From a virus, in IMG/VR virus record IMGVR_UViG_3300017917_001151, positions 18,852-82,851 of that record: 64,000 nt of DNA. One strand, given 5' to 3'. Made by a program: the position numbers and the translations under genes. The notes below the pieces were generated by a model, which did no database searches, was not told the origin of the DNA, and saw only the letters and a list, made by a program, of their open reading frames with translations. Every line of letters begins with the position of its first letter. Positions within the stretch are counted from its first letter, which is position 1. This document shows, piece by piece, positions 1 through 9,197 of the stretch.

Positions 1-2442
1 ACGAACAGCATCGTTAGCTAGGAATACGTCCATGTCTTGGTTTTCTTTAGGATAGTTTACACTTCCTGAACCGTCGATAACATCTTTTAGGGAAGTAATC
101 AGATCTGTTATAACAGCATCAGCACCGACTTCTGACTGATATGCTGGGTCAATAACCTGAGGATATATGTTATTTTTAGTATTAGTTATGGTTGCATTAT
201 TAATAACTTCCTGCATCAGATCTTCAAGATGTGTCAATACAGCTAGATATTCTGACAGTTGTGTAGTGATTGCTATTCTTGCACTATTGCTTTCATAATA
301 TTTTAAACCTGCAGAAATAGTCCTGTTATATCCTCCGTATTTCAAATCGAACACAAAAGAATCGACTAATAATCCAACGTCTCTTTTACATAGTGCTTGA
401 TTATAGACAAATGTAGGAGTAAACGGTGCTACAGAATTTTGTATATTATAATTCATCCATGCAACAATTTCTTCTGACAAGAATGATCGGTTTAGATCTA
501 TTAATGCAGCAGCGCCGGTAAACCCTCCTTTATTGTCTATCTTGGGATAAACCGGCTGACTTGGATTTTGTAAGTAATGATATCCAAATTCTCTAGAAGC
601 ATCGGTTACAGGTATTCCGTCTATGACTAAATCTCTGCGGAATTTTTGGAAGGCCCATGGAGAACTCGATGTTCCTGGTTTTGGTCTAAAAATAACTCTA
701 CGGAATTCATCACCAACGATAGACACGTTAGCTGGTACTCTTAGAGGATAGTTTTCATAGTACTCGCCACTTTCCACCAAAATAGAAATTTGTATATCTT
801 TAGAAATGTCACCGTATGAAATAGCTTCGCCTAATTCGAAAGTTCCTGATTTAATATCAACATCAAAAATTTCGTTACCGTTACTGTCTAATGCTCCTTG
901 GTGTGAAAGGATCTGAGCGAGAGCTCCTGAGTTTTCACCTCTTAGATATAGACCTTCTCGAATATCTCGACCTCTGGCAGCTTCTGCAGTATTAGTTGTT
1001 ACGTCGCCGGTGAAGTCAGTTCTTTGGCCTGCTGTATAAATTAAGAATCGAGGAAGGTCAACGTTTAGAGTAGGCAGGGTAGTAAATCCAGTACCTTTGT
1101 CAGTAATGGTAATACTAGTAATAACGCCTGCGGTAACAACAGCAGTACCAAACGCACCAGTTCCGCCACCGCCTGAAATTCTAACAGATACTAAAGAATA
1201 TCCTGTACCGCCATTGAGAATCGTTACAGAGTTGACTCTATAAGTAACATCAAATGTTGCCCCGTCTCCAATCGCTCCAATACCTGCCGGTGCAGCAGAT
1301 GTTGAGATTACAGTGGCAACAGCAGTCGATCCGGGTAATACTGTGTATGAACCTGAAGAAATGATCTTGTAAGTTAAGATAGCACCGGGTGTTGTTATGG
1401 TAGAAAGAACTTCAATGTAACATCTGCCCCCACCAGTAGGAACAGCACCGCCCTGTATTTCTAATATATCGCCTGGATAGTAGTTAGTACCAACACTGTT
1501 GATATTAACAGTGTCAACGCTCATTCTTAAGAAGCCATCGAATCCAGCACCGGAAGTTGGTGATGATTCAATAGCAGATAGGCTACATTCGTTAGCACCA
1601 TCGCCGTAGGTTAAGACTTTCTTATATGGGCCGATTTGTACTTTAGCATCTAAAACTAATTCTTCAGCTTTCTTTAAAGCTGCCTCTAACGTTCTATAAG
1701 CATAGGCTAGTGCTCGACCTTGAATAGCTTTTGATACTCCTGGTCTTGAATCCTGACCTGATAGCGAAACATATAAGTTTGCCACGCTACCGAAAGCAGA
1801 ACCGTCAACATATCGTTTGGTAACTGCAATCAATCCGTCGTAAACTTCGTCGTCACCTGGTTCGGGGTCTCTAGAAAGAATAAGTGGACCGCTCATGCGT
1901 CCAAAAGCAGAATCTGCCTGACCTGTTGCAGGATCTATAGCTTCAGTACCTGCTCTGGCAATTTTAGAATCTGCATAGGCTTTGTTTACTAATTCGTGTT
2001 TGTAAATAGGCTGCAACGGAGTGATAGTAGTACCTGCATCAATAACCCTCCATTGATTTCCGCCCGAACGTAAGGATAAATCGCCGCCTAGTTGTGGACT
2101 AGGATCAGAAGCGATAGAAGCGAAATCTGAATTGATTGTTATTTCGTTAGGATTTGAAATAAAATCAATGCTAATACCGTTACCTGGTACTAGTCTTTTA
2201 AATGTTAATCCGGATTCTGTATTGTTTACAGTTACAACAGGAGTACTACCGGTTGCTGGATCGTTTTGGCCAGTATAAGATGCGGGAGCATCGTCAAGTC
2301 CTATAAAGGTGAGCTTATCACCTAATCCTAAAGAACTGTATAGTTCGCGAAAGTTATCATTAACTTTACGGAAGGAATCTCTTATACTATCACCAGTACC
2401 ATCATTACCTACGGTACCAATATCAATTATTCTACGTGCCAT
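1..2442 (-). CDS. Baseplate wedge/tail-fibre-type virion protein (3' end outside window)
   Basis: Not in the ORF track. ATG at 2442 reads MARRIIDIGTVGNDGTGDSIRDSFRKVNDNFRELY, the T4 gp9/gp10-like N-terminal motif, followed by Gly/Ser/Thr-rich sequence. TAAATA motif upstream at about 2473-2478. Confidence 0.75.
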   Translation of the reverse strand, partial: MARRIIDIGTVGNDGTGDSIRDSFRKVNDNFRELYSSLGLGDKLTFIGLDDAPASYTGQNDPATGSTPVVTVNNTESGLTFKRLVPGNGISIDFISNPNEITINSDFASIASDPSPQLGGDLSLRSGGNQWRVIDAGTTITPLQPIYKHELVNKAYADSKIARAGTEAIDPATGQADSAFGRMSGPLILSRDPEPGDDEVYDGLIAVTKRYVDGSAFGSVANLYVSLSGQDSRPGVSKAIQGRALAYAYRTLEAALKKAEELVLDAKVQIGPYKKVLTYGDGANECSLSAIESSPTSGAGFDGFLRMSVDTVNINSVGTNYYPGDILEIQGGAVPTGGGRCYIEVLSTITTPGAILTYKIISSGSYTVLPGSTAVATVISTSAAPAGIGAIGDGATFDVTYRVNSVTILNGGTGYSLVSVRISGGGGTGAFGTAVVTAGVITSITITDKGTGFTTLPTLNVDLPRFLIYTAGQRTDFTGDVTTNTAEAARGRDIREGLYLRGENSGALAQILSHQGALDSNGNEIFDVDIKSGTFELGEAISYGDISKDIQISILVESGEYYENYPLRVPANVSIVGDEFRRVIFRPKPGTSSSPWAFQKFRRDLVIDGIPVTDASREFGYHYLQNPSQPVYPKIDNKGGFTGAAALIDLNRSFLSEEIVAWMNYNIQNSVAPFTPTFVYNQALCKRDVGLLVDSFVFDLKYGGYNRTISAGLKYYESNSARIAITTQLSEYLAVLTHLEDLMQEVINNATITNTKNNIYPQVIDPAYQSEVGADAVITDLITSLKDVIDGSGSVNYPKENQDMDVFLANDAVR

Positions 2443-2512
2443 ATTTTATCCTAGAATGAGCAAGTGCTCTAATATTTAGCCCAAAGTTTTATAAGCCTAA
2501 TGTAAATAACTT

Positions 2513-2800
2513 ATGTTCATGAAAATAGAAACACAAGAAAATCAATACACTAGGCTCAGTAAGTGCGGCCGTGAACATGTATACAAAAGAAAAAAGACCT
2601 TAGCGGTCTTTAGATGTGATAGTTGCGATAGTATTTTTACTAGAGATTTAAAACACGTTCAGAGAAAACGTTTGAGCAACAATTATTTTCACTGCTGTTC
2701 TAATTGTGATGCTAAGAGATTTGCTCAAAGAAAGGGAGTTGAGCAAAAGAAAATTTGGGATTTACCTGCTAGTACAGAACTACCAGTTGGAAAGTTTTAA
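2513..2800 (+). CDS. Small Cys-rich (Zn-ribbon-like) hypothetical protein
   Basis: CDSC and CCSNC motifs; TAAATA 4 nt before the ATG. Confidence 0.65.
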   Translation: MFMKIETQENQYTRLSKCGREHVYKRKKTLAVFRCDSCDSIFTRDLKHVQRKRLSNNYFHCCSNCDAKRFAQRKGVEQKKIWDLPASTELPVGKF

Positions 2801-3123
2801 ACTCTGAAACTTTCTCCGCAGCCGCAGCGATCGCGCTCGTTGGGATTTATAAATTCGAACCCTTCATTTAGACCGTTACGAACCCAGTCTACAGTAAGCC
2901 CGTGCATATAAACTAGAGATTTTTGATCAACTAAAACCACAAAATCTGGATGAGCAAAATTAGTAACTCCTGGTTCTGAAATGTACTCGTCTACATATTC
3001 AAGAGTATAGGCCAAACCACTGCACCCAGTGGTTTTTACACCTAGTCTTATGCCAACACCTTTACCTCGACGTTCAAGCAGTTGCTTGATCTTCAGTTGA
3101 GCTGTTTCGCTTACGGTAATCAT
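2797..3123 (-). CDS. iscA: Fe-S cluster assembly A-type carrier
   Basis: TTGCSGLAY and C-terminal CGCGESF signatures. Confidence 0.95.
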   Translation of the reverse strand: MITVSETAQLKIKQLLERRGKGVGIRLGVKTTGCSGLAYTLEYVDEYISEPGVTNFAHPDFVVLVDQKSLVYMHGLTVDWVRNGLNEGFEFINPNERDRCGCGESFRV

Positions 3124-3475
3124 CTATAGCAGCCTTAATGGCGTCCTCTGCAAGAATACTGCAATGTATCTTCACTGGCGGAAGGGCAAGTTCTTCAGCA
3201 ATTTCGCTATTTTTAATAGTACTCGCTTCGTCCAGCGTTTTTCCTTTAACCCACTCTGTAACGAGTGAACTAGAAGCGATTGCGGAACCACATCCGTATG
3301 TCTTGAAACGAGCATCTCTAATAATACCATCTTCAACCTTTATCTGTAATTTCATTACATCGCCGCAGGCAGGAGCTCCTACCATACCAGTACCAACACT
3401 GGTGTCGTTTTTGTCAAAGCTGCCTACGTTGCGGGGGTTTTCGTAATGATCTATAACTTTATCGGAATAAGCCAT
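3074..3475 (-). CDS. iscU: Fe-S cluster scaffold protein
   Basis: MAYSDKVIDHYENPRNVG, APACGDVM, YGCGSA and LPPVKIHC motifs. Confidence 0.97.
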   Translation of the reverse strand: MAYSDKVIDHYENPRNVGSFDKNDTSVGTGMVGAPACGDVMKLQIKVEDGIIRDARFKTYGCGSAIASSSLVTEWVKGKTLDEASTIKNSEIAEELALPPVKIHCSILAEDAIKAAIDDYRKRNSSTEDQATA

Positions 3476-4036
3476 TTAACCTCCTTGTAGTCTAATATCA
3501 ACAACTTCCCAATTAATGATACGCCAAATATTAGCAAGATATTTGGCCTTGTCCTGCTGATAGTCTAGGGCCCATGCGTGTTCCCAGGCATCTATCAATA
3601 GAGCAATTTTCATACCTTTGCGGTATTCGTGATTGTGAATAGTATGTAGTTTACTATCGTAGTCCATATAGATCCAATTAGAACCCTGTGCTGCCATGAA
3701 CTCTTTTTCAAAAGCTTCTTTGAATTTGTCAAAGCTGCCGTGTACATCATCTATCAAACTTTTACTGAGTCCCTCGGGTTTGTTAGCAGCTCTAGGTGGG
3801 GTCAAGTTTGCAAAGAAGATGTTGTGCAACATAGCACCACCGTAGTTAAAATCTGCATCACCCTCGCCTGCATTATAGCGATCAAAATACTTAGATGCTA
3901 GACCGTCGTAGTGATATTTGAGAGTAGCTTCACTCATAACAGGATCTAGCTCGTCTTTTTTGAATTTAAGACGATCTTGACGAATTTCGCGCTTATCAGC
4001 GGATTCAGTTAAACTTTTAATAAAATGTAGGGCCAT
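3476..4036 (-). CDS. sod: Fe/Mn superoxide dismutase (divergent)
   Basis: YHY, LHNIFF and DAWEHA metal-ligand motifs. Confidence 0.85.
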   Translation of the reverse strand: MALHFIKSLTESADKREIRQDRLKFKKDELDPVMSEATLKYHYDGLASKYFDRYNAGEGDADFNYGGAMLHNIFFANLTPPRAANKPEGLSKSLIDDVHGSFDKFKEAFEKEFMAAQGSNWIYMDYDSKLHTIHNHEYRKGMKIALLIDAWEHAWALDYQQDKAKYLANIWRIINWEVVDIRLQGG

Positions 4037-4079
4037 AACAATATTTACCGCTAAATAAAAGTCCTAAGGAGGATATTCC

Positions 4080-4325
4080 ATGTTAAAACTATTGGCAAAA
4101 CTTTTTGGTGTTAAGAAAGAGGAAACACCTCAAGCAGAAGCACCATACAAGGTAGAAACCCCTGCACCAGCAGCTGAACCAACACCAGTTGCAGTTCAAG
4201 CTACCGAAGCAGCGGTTAAATCTGTTGCTGCCAAAGCTCCGGCAAAAAAGGCTCCTGCCAAGAAGCCTGCTGCTCCTAAGAAAGAAGCAGCCCCGAAGCG
4301 TGGTCGTAAGCCAAAGGCGAATTAA
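4080..4325 (+). CDS. Ala/Lys/Pro-rich histone-like small protein
   Basis: AKKAPAKKPAAPKK tail; AAGGAGG RBS; TAAATA upstream. Confidence 0.7.
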   Translation: MLKLLAKLFGVKKEETPQAEAPYKVETPAPAAEPTPVAVQATEAAVKSVAAKAPAKKAPAKKPAAPKKEAAPKRGRKPKAN

Positions 4326-5340
4326 TCTTTTTCGCTTCTTCGTAGAGTGCAAAACTGGCTAGATTCTTAGCCTTGCTTTCGCACATGATATCGAAGTTAT
4401 CCCAGAAACTCAGAGCCCATTCGTTGACTGCTGTGTTCCAGTAGAAATCGGAGTGCGCTCTGAGTTTCGCTTTTTTATGTCCGGATTCTAAGAGGGTCGG
4501 AAGAGCGGGACGTAATCCGGTGGAATGGCCTCTGAGTATATCTTCGCGAGATACACTGTAGTGGCAAACAGGACGAACGCCGCGCCAACTATCAATAACC
4601 TTTTTAACACGATCGTCATTAGGGTCAATGTATTCGCCAGAGTTAATCCAGTGGTGATGGATGTCCATAACGATTGGAACCACATCAGCGAGTTCCAAAC
4701 AGGTTTCAAGGTTGTGTGTAATTTCTTCATTTTCGATTGTGAGTGTGTTTCTAGCTTCGGGGGTTAACCGGCCCAATACAGCACGTATGCCATTTGGTCC
4801 CCTACGTCCGGCAATGTGGACATTGATCTTAAAATCTTGGAAAGTTTTTCCGTAACCCATCCAACGAGCCATGTCCGCATGATATTCAAATTCTTCAATT
4901 GATCTGTTTACAATATCGTCGCTATCGCTAGCAAGGACAGTAAACTGGCCGGGATGAAAAGACAGGCGAACGCCACGCGAGCGAGCCACATCTCCGATCT
5001 GCTTAAATCCTCTTTCGCAATAGTTTCGTGTATCGGGAAGCCGCCAAAACCAGCTCCAAGTTGGCTCAGTGTAGACAGGGAGTATATCACTACTGAGTCG
5101 TACCATTCTAAGATTTTCATCGAGTTCTCCTACTCGTTCGACTAGCAAACGTGTGCTTTCGATATTTTGTTCCATTAAGGACCAAAGCTTCTCTACAGCC
5201 ACGTCTCTAGTTTGTCTATTTAACCAGGCTACAGTGGTAGCGCCGGTATTATATTTTTTACAGTCGTCCTTGGGTTTGATCCCATCTACTTGGTCGGGAC
5301 GGTCGATCCATTTGCAGGCGAAGCCGATTCGTTTAGTCAT
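4276..5340 (-). CDS. uvsE: UV damage endonuclease
   Basis: RIGFACK, RLSSD, HPGQF, TIENEE, DIHHH and HSD motifs; start set to ATG 5340, just below the promoter. Confidence 0.92.
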   Translation of the reverse strand: MTKRIGFACKWIDRPDQVDGIKPKDDCKKYNTGATTVAWLNRQTRDVAVEKLWSLMEQNIESTRLLVERVGELDENLRMVRLSSDILPVYTEPTWSWFWRLPDTRNYCERGFKQIGDVARSRGVRLSFHPGQFTVLASDSDDIVNRSIEEFEYHADMARWMGYGKTFQDFKINVHIAGRRGPNGIRAVLGRLTPEARNTLTIENEEITHNLETCLELADVVPIVMDIHHHWINSGEYIDPNDDRVKKVIDSWRGVRPVCHYSVSREDILRGHSTGLRPALPTLLESGHKKAKLRAHSDFYWNTAVNEWALSFWDNFDIMCESKAKNLASFALYEEAKKINSPLAYDHASGLLLS

Positions 5341-5346
5341 AGTATT

Positions 5347-5375
5347 ATTATATGACATTTAACGCCAGTTGTCAA
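5347..5375 (-). promoter_or_regulatory. Consensus sigma70 promoter for uvsE
   Basis: TTGACA(5375-5370)-N17-TATAAT(5352-5347); predicted start site falls on the ATG at 5340. Confidence 0.85.
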
Positions 5376-6156
5376 GTACGAATTTATCCTGAACATCTAA
5401 AGGATTGGGTTCACCGTGAAACACAGCCACAGCACAATTAGTAGGAATTTGGACATCGTCTCGAATCGTTCTAAATATTCTACGACCATTGTTTACAGTT
5501 AATTCGTCTCTAGATCTAAGTTCCCATTTGTAACTCATGATCCAATCCTTTGGCCAAAATTTTATTCGATCTCTGGCCAACTTCCAAATCCAATCTTGAT
5601 CACCCTGGAGGCGTTGTGCGTCTGCGGGTTTTTCTTTAAATTTATTCCAAATATAACTTTCCGATCCGTGATTCCATGCTAGAACCGAACTGTTAAGATA
5701 TTGCCAAGAGGGATAGAACTTCCTATTAAAATCGTGTATCCCCATAAAAGAATCTGTTTTGTGATATGCTAGTTTATCTATATTATTACAGATAACAACA
5801 TCGAGATCAAAATACAATATGCGTCCTGCTAAAGGTAAGTTAGGATCGAACATATGTACTTTGTGCCACCAACCTTTTTGATAGTTGGCATTAGACTGGT
5901 ATACAGTTCTTACACCGTCGATGGGGTGTTGATCGTCTGTAAGACAGGCAAATTCATAAGGAACAGTCATATGTCTAGCAACCATGTTGCGTAGACGTTC
6001 TACATATTCTCTGCCGTATTTGTTACCAAACCTTACACAAAGAACAGTAATTTTTTCATCAGTGATGATTGTTGGAATCTGTTCGATTCGAGAAGCTTCT
6101 TTGGCTGCACGTTTTTCTTCTTTGAGACGTTTACGTTCTTCTTTTGACAATTCCAT
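5359..6156 (-). CDS. GT-A-like (GT8-type) glycosyltransferase
   Basis: WWHKV, YFDLD (DxD), NSSVL, GDQDWI and VFHGEPNP motifs. Confidence 0.7.
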   Translation of the reverse strand: MELSKEERKRLKEEKRAAKEASRIEQIPTIITDEKITVLCVRFGNKYGREYVERLRNMVARHMTVPYEFACLTDDQHPIDGVRTVYQSNANYQKGWWHKVHMFDPNLPLAGRILYFDLDVVICNNIDKLAYHKTDSFMGIHDFNRKFYPSWQYLNSSVLAWNHGSESYIWNKFKEKPADAQRLQGDQDWIWKLARDRIKFWPKDWIMSYKWELRSRDELTVNNGRRIFRTIRDDVQIPTNCAVAVFHGEPNPLDVQDKFVLDNWR

Positions 6157-6961
6157 CTATAGCCACCAAATCTTCTAGTATTTCTTTTAATCCGTTTAAG
6201 GGTATCATGTTAGGGCCGTCGCTAGGTGCATTGTCGGGATCTTCGTGTGTTTCCATAAACACTCCTGCGACACAGCCAGTGGCTACAGCAGCCCTCGCCA
6301 GGTAGGGCACCATTTTGCGATCTCCGCCTGATTTTTCTCCCATGCCTCCAGGTTGCTGTACAGAATGTGTTGCATCAAAGATAACGGGATAACCAGTGCT
6401 TGCCATAATAGGTAGACTGCGCATGTCCACCACAAGATTATTGTATCCATGTGTATAACCTCTTTCACATAACATAACACGATTGTTACCTGTAGAAGCA
6501 ATCTTCTCGGCAACATTTTTCATATCGTGTGGTGCAAGGAATTGTCCTTTTTTAACATTAACGGCAAGACCTGTTTCTCCTGCGGCTAATAATAGATCAG
6601 TTTGTCTGCATAAGAATGCAGGAATTTGAATTACATCTATGCCTGCATCTGCAACTAAACTGGCTTGATAACTTTCGTGTATGTCGGTGAGTACCGGTAT
6701 TCCAAATTCGTGTTTAATAGAATTTAAAATTTTTAAACCTTCGTCTATGCCAACACCTCTTTTGGTTTTGATACTAGATCTATTGGCTTTGTCAAAACTA
6801 CTTTTATAAACTAAGTCAATGTCTAATTCATCGCAGATTTCTTTTATAGAACCTGCTACATGCTCGGCATGATCTTGGCTTTCGATCTGACAAGGTCCAG
6901 CTATAAGAAAGATTTTATTTTCGTTGCTGGCGACGATTCTGTTAATATTAAATGTACGCAT
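6131..6961 (-). CDS. kdsA: KDO-8-phosphate synthase
   Basis: [37 protein letters not shown] and SDG motifs. Confidence 0.95.
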   Translation of the reverse strand: MRTFNINRIVASNENKIFLIAGPCQIESQDHAEHVAGSIKEICDELDIDLVYKSSFDKANRSSIKTKRGVGIDEGLKILNSIKHEFGIPVLTDIHESYQASLVADAGIDVIQIPAFLCRQTDLLLAAGETGLAVNVKKGQFLAPHDMKNVAEKIASTGNNRVMLCERGYTHGYNNLVVDMRSLPIMASTGYPVIFDATHSVQQPGGMGEKSGGDRKMVPYLARAAVATGCVAGVFMETHEDPDNAPSDGPNMIPLNGLKEILEDLVAIDGIVKRRT

Positions 6962-6969
6962 ATTATTAT

Positions 6970-7128
6970 TTACCAGTGTCTTATAACACCAGCAATAATA
7001 AAACAATTTGTGATGATATAAGAAAGTACGATAAGAGTTCGGACTAGTGCCACCTTATCAGCTTCCTGACGAGTAGCACCAGCCTTTTCTCCTAGGGCCT
7101 TAGCCCAGATGCGCCATATCTTACGCAT
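6970..7128 (-). CDS. Small membrane protein
   Basis: [13 protein letters not shown] start; one C-terminal hydrophobic helix. Confidence 0.65.
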   Translation of the reverse strand: MRKIWRIWAKALGEKAGATRQEADKVALVRTLIVLSYIITNCFIIAGVIRHW

Positions 7129-7651
7129 CGCCCTCATAGACTGCGGAATTACCAGCGTGTTCAAATACTTCAGCTGAACGTAGCTTTACGCCTTGGCCAA
7201 CTGGATAACGTGCTTCAAAAATACGACCATCTGGATGTGTCCATCCGCGGCTTTCTTGATAGGCTGTTAGTATTTCGTGCATCGTACGATAAGCTAGCTC
7301 AGCAAACTTTTCGCAGCCTACTGCTTCTACAAGACGAAGGTCAGCAACACCGCCCTGATCTTGTTTGCCTAGTGCAGCCATTTGTTTGAAAAGATCTAGA
7401 TGAGGATCATCTAGTGCGATACACAGTGTATGATCAAATTGCCATTCTGACCATTCTTTGAATGCTTTGAGTCCACCAAAATCCATGACCCAATTGCGAT
7501 CATCTAGTGTTTCTGATTCAAAGATTAGTTTGATACCGATGGAATAACCATGAAGTAATGAGCAATGGCTATGTGTAGAACGCCACTGTCTAAAGCAGCA
7601 ACTAAGTCCTCTGTCGTTGCCGTATGTTTTTGTTGAAAGATATTTCGCCAT
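7121..7651 (-). CDS. queD: 6-carboxytetrahydropterin / 6-pyruvoyl-tetrahydropterin synthase
   Basis: HCSLLHGY, WVMDFG, FDH and GCE motifs; AGGAGG RBS before ATG 7651. Confidence 0.85.
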   Translation of the reverse strand: MAKYLSTKTYGNDRGLSCCFRQWRSTHSHCSLLHGYSIGIKLIFESETLDDRNWVMDFGGLKAFKEWSEWQFDHTLCIALDDPHLDLFKQMAALGKQDQGGVADLRLVEAVGCEKFAELAYRTMHEILTAYQESRGWTHPDGRIFEARYPVGQGVKLRSAEVFEHAGNSAVYEGDA

Positions 7652-7685
7652 CTCTTGCCTCCTGTAAATCAAGCGAGTAAGTTTG

Positions 7686-7733
7686 ATGACATGCAGAATT
7701 TATAAAGCGGGTTGAATGCCATGTAAGACCGCT
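7686..7733 (-). ncRNA. Candidate preQ1-I-like pseudoknot riboswitch in the queD leader
   Basis: P1 AGCGG/CCGCU; loop begins UC and ends AAC; UUAUAAA tail; loop AUGGCAU can pair with downstream AUGUCAU. Confidence 0.5.
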
Positions 7734-7754
7734 GTGCCTCTGTGTGTATATGTA

Positions 7755-7783
7755 ATTATATTACAATGATATTTATAACGCAA
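7755..7783 (-). promoter_or_regulatory. sigma70-type promoter with a nested TATAAATA motif upstream of the queD leader
   Basis: TTGCGT-N17-TATAAT; TATAAATA at 7777-7770. Confidence 0.65.
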
Positions 7784-8366
7784 GGAAAGACACATTATTT
7801 TTTTGCCATTCCTCGGGCATTTCCCAATCTTGTCTATTACGTATTATAAATTGAGCTTTGGAATATTTGAATATCTGACCAATTTGATAAATCCAATAAC
7901 TGGGATCCACCGGTTTTGAATCTGATCTACTATAGTTAGCGGTACCTTTATAGACATTGTTTACAGATTGTCCCATAGGATAAAGATCAAAACCAACCAA
8001 TTCGATTTCTTTAAACTCTAGAACAGCGGCTAATAAAACAGCATACCCTCCGCTACCCCAATGATCAGGTTGATCTCTTTTCAGTTCTCCAGTATAAGGA
8101 AGTTCCGGTAAGTGTCTTATGTTTTTATTTTTTTGTATTTTTCTAAAATAGTGAAACCAATGATCTCTAACATAGATTAGTGTATCCTTGGTAAGAGGAT
8201 TTTCGGTTGCTTCGGCGGCCATACGCCTATCACAGCAGATTAGATGATCTACGATCATATCCCTGTGGATAGCGTTGCAGCCTATAAGTGTGTGAGTTTG
8301 TCTGTATTGTTCTAAATTAGTATCGCGACGACTTTCACCGTTACCAATTACCACGGCCTTGGACAT
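7773..8366 (-). CDS. Putative Maf/DUF115- or sialyltransferase-like Rossmann-fold protein
   Basis: VIGNGESR, GCNA, SG and LVGFD motifs. Confidence 0.5.
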   Translation of the reverse strand: MSKAVVIGNGESRRDTNLEQYRQTHTLIGCNAIHRDMIVDHLICCDRRMAAEATENPLTKDTLIYVRDHWFHYFRKIQKNKNIRHLPELPYTGELKRDQPDHWGSGGYAVLLAAVLEFKEIELVGFDLYPMGQSVNNVYKGTANYSRSDSKPVDPSYWIYQIGQIFKYSKAQFIIRNRQDWEMPEEWQKNNVSFLAL

Positions 8367-9196
8367 TATTCAATTCTTCCAAATCCGCTCCAAATGCCAG
8401 GACTACCTGACTGTGTACATACCCAACCTATAAATTTTCCAGGATGTGGATAGTTGTTCCAAACTATGTCGCCTTCGTTAAATGCACCACCGGATGGAGG
8501 TTCGTTGCCGCTAAGGTGTAATTTATCGTTAAATTTAAGAGCACCGTTAACGTGTAGTTTACTTCTAGGATCTGGATTTTGAACATTGATGCCTAGACTT
8601 CCTATAATAGAAACTTTTGAATCACCTGTAGCAGGATTTCCTAGAGTGATATTTCCACCTGCTGTAATAGATATTCTAGGCGTGTTATCAGTGGATAGTT
8701 CTAAGTCTGTATAATTGTAAGTGCCAATCCTTGCGGTGTTTATGTCAGAAGCGCCTATAACTAAATCTACATTTTGGTCGATAAGGTTAATGGTCGCTTT
8801 AGGTTGATCAGTCCCTATGCCTAGTCTATCAGTATTAGAATCATATATTAAGTATTGATTTACACTCAATCCACCGTCGACAATAAGACCTTTTAAGTGT
8901 CCAACTTCTCTAAGATTACTTTTTGTAACTGTTGGTCCTAGTTCTTGATCATCGAGTAATTTGATACCGTTTACAGAAATGCTTTTACCTTTTGCTAGGT
9001 CGAGATTTTCTGATAAAAATATTCTATCTGGTTTACTAAAGTAAACTAGTTGTTTATTATATCCTTGTCCGGCCCAAAGAATTCCTTTCCCTTCGATGTC
9101 GCCTTCGATTTTAATATAGGGAACACTTCCTGTAATGGAAGAACTTTCTTCGTGTAATTCTTTTATTAGTGTTGCTAATTGTTCAATTTTAGACAT
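8366..9196 (-). CDS. Tail-fibre-like beta-rich structural protein (paralog of 9198-10292)
   Basis: RLGIGT repeats; C-terminal GDIVWN..P..GWVC..G.PG.W domain. Confidence 0.6.
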   Translation of the reverse strand: MSKIEQLATLIKELHEESSSITGSVPYIKIEGDIEGKGILWAGQGYNKQLVYFSKPDRIFLSENLDLAKGKSISVNGIKLLDDQELGPTVTKSNLREVGHLKGLIVDGGLSVNQYLIYDSNTDRLGIGTDQPKATINLIDQNVDLVIGASDINTARIGTYNYTDLELSTDNTPRISITAGGNITLGNPATGDSKVSIIGSLGINVQNPDPRSKLHVNGALKFNDKLHLSGNEPPSGGAFNEGDIVWNNYPHPGKFIGWVCTQSGSPGIWSGFGRIE

Positions 9197-9197
9197 A

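Noticed and set aside
3074-4325. Roughly 50-nt overlaps (iscU/iscA; uvsE/histone-like gene) as programmed recoding
   Set aside because: The overlapping tails are short extensions beyond the conserved domains and no slippery site was seen, so simple stop-codon drift explains them.
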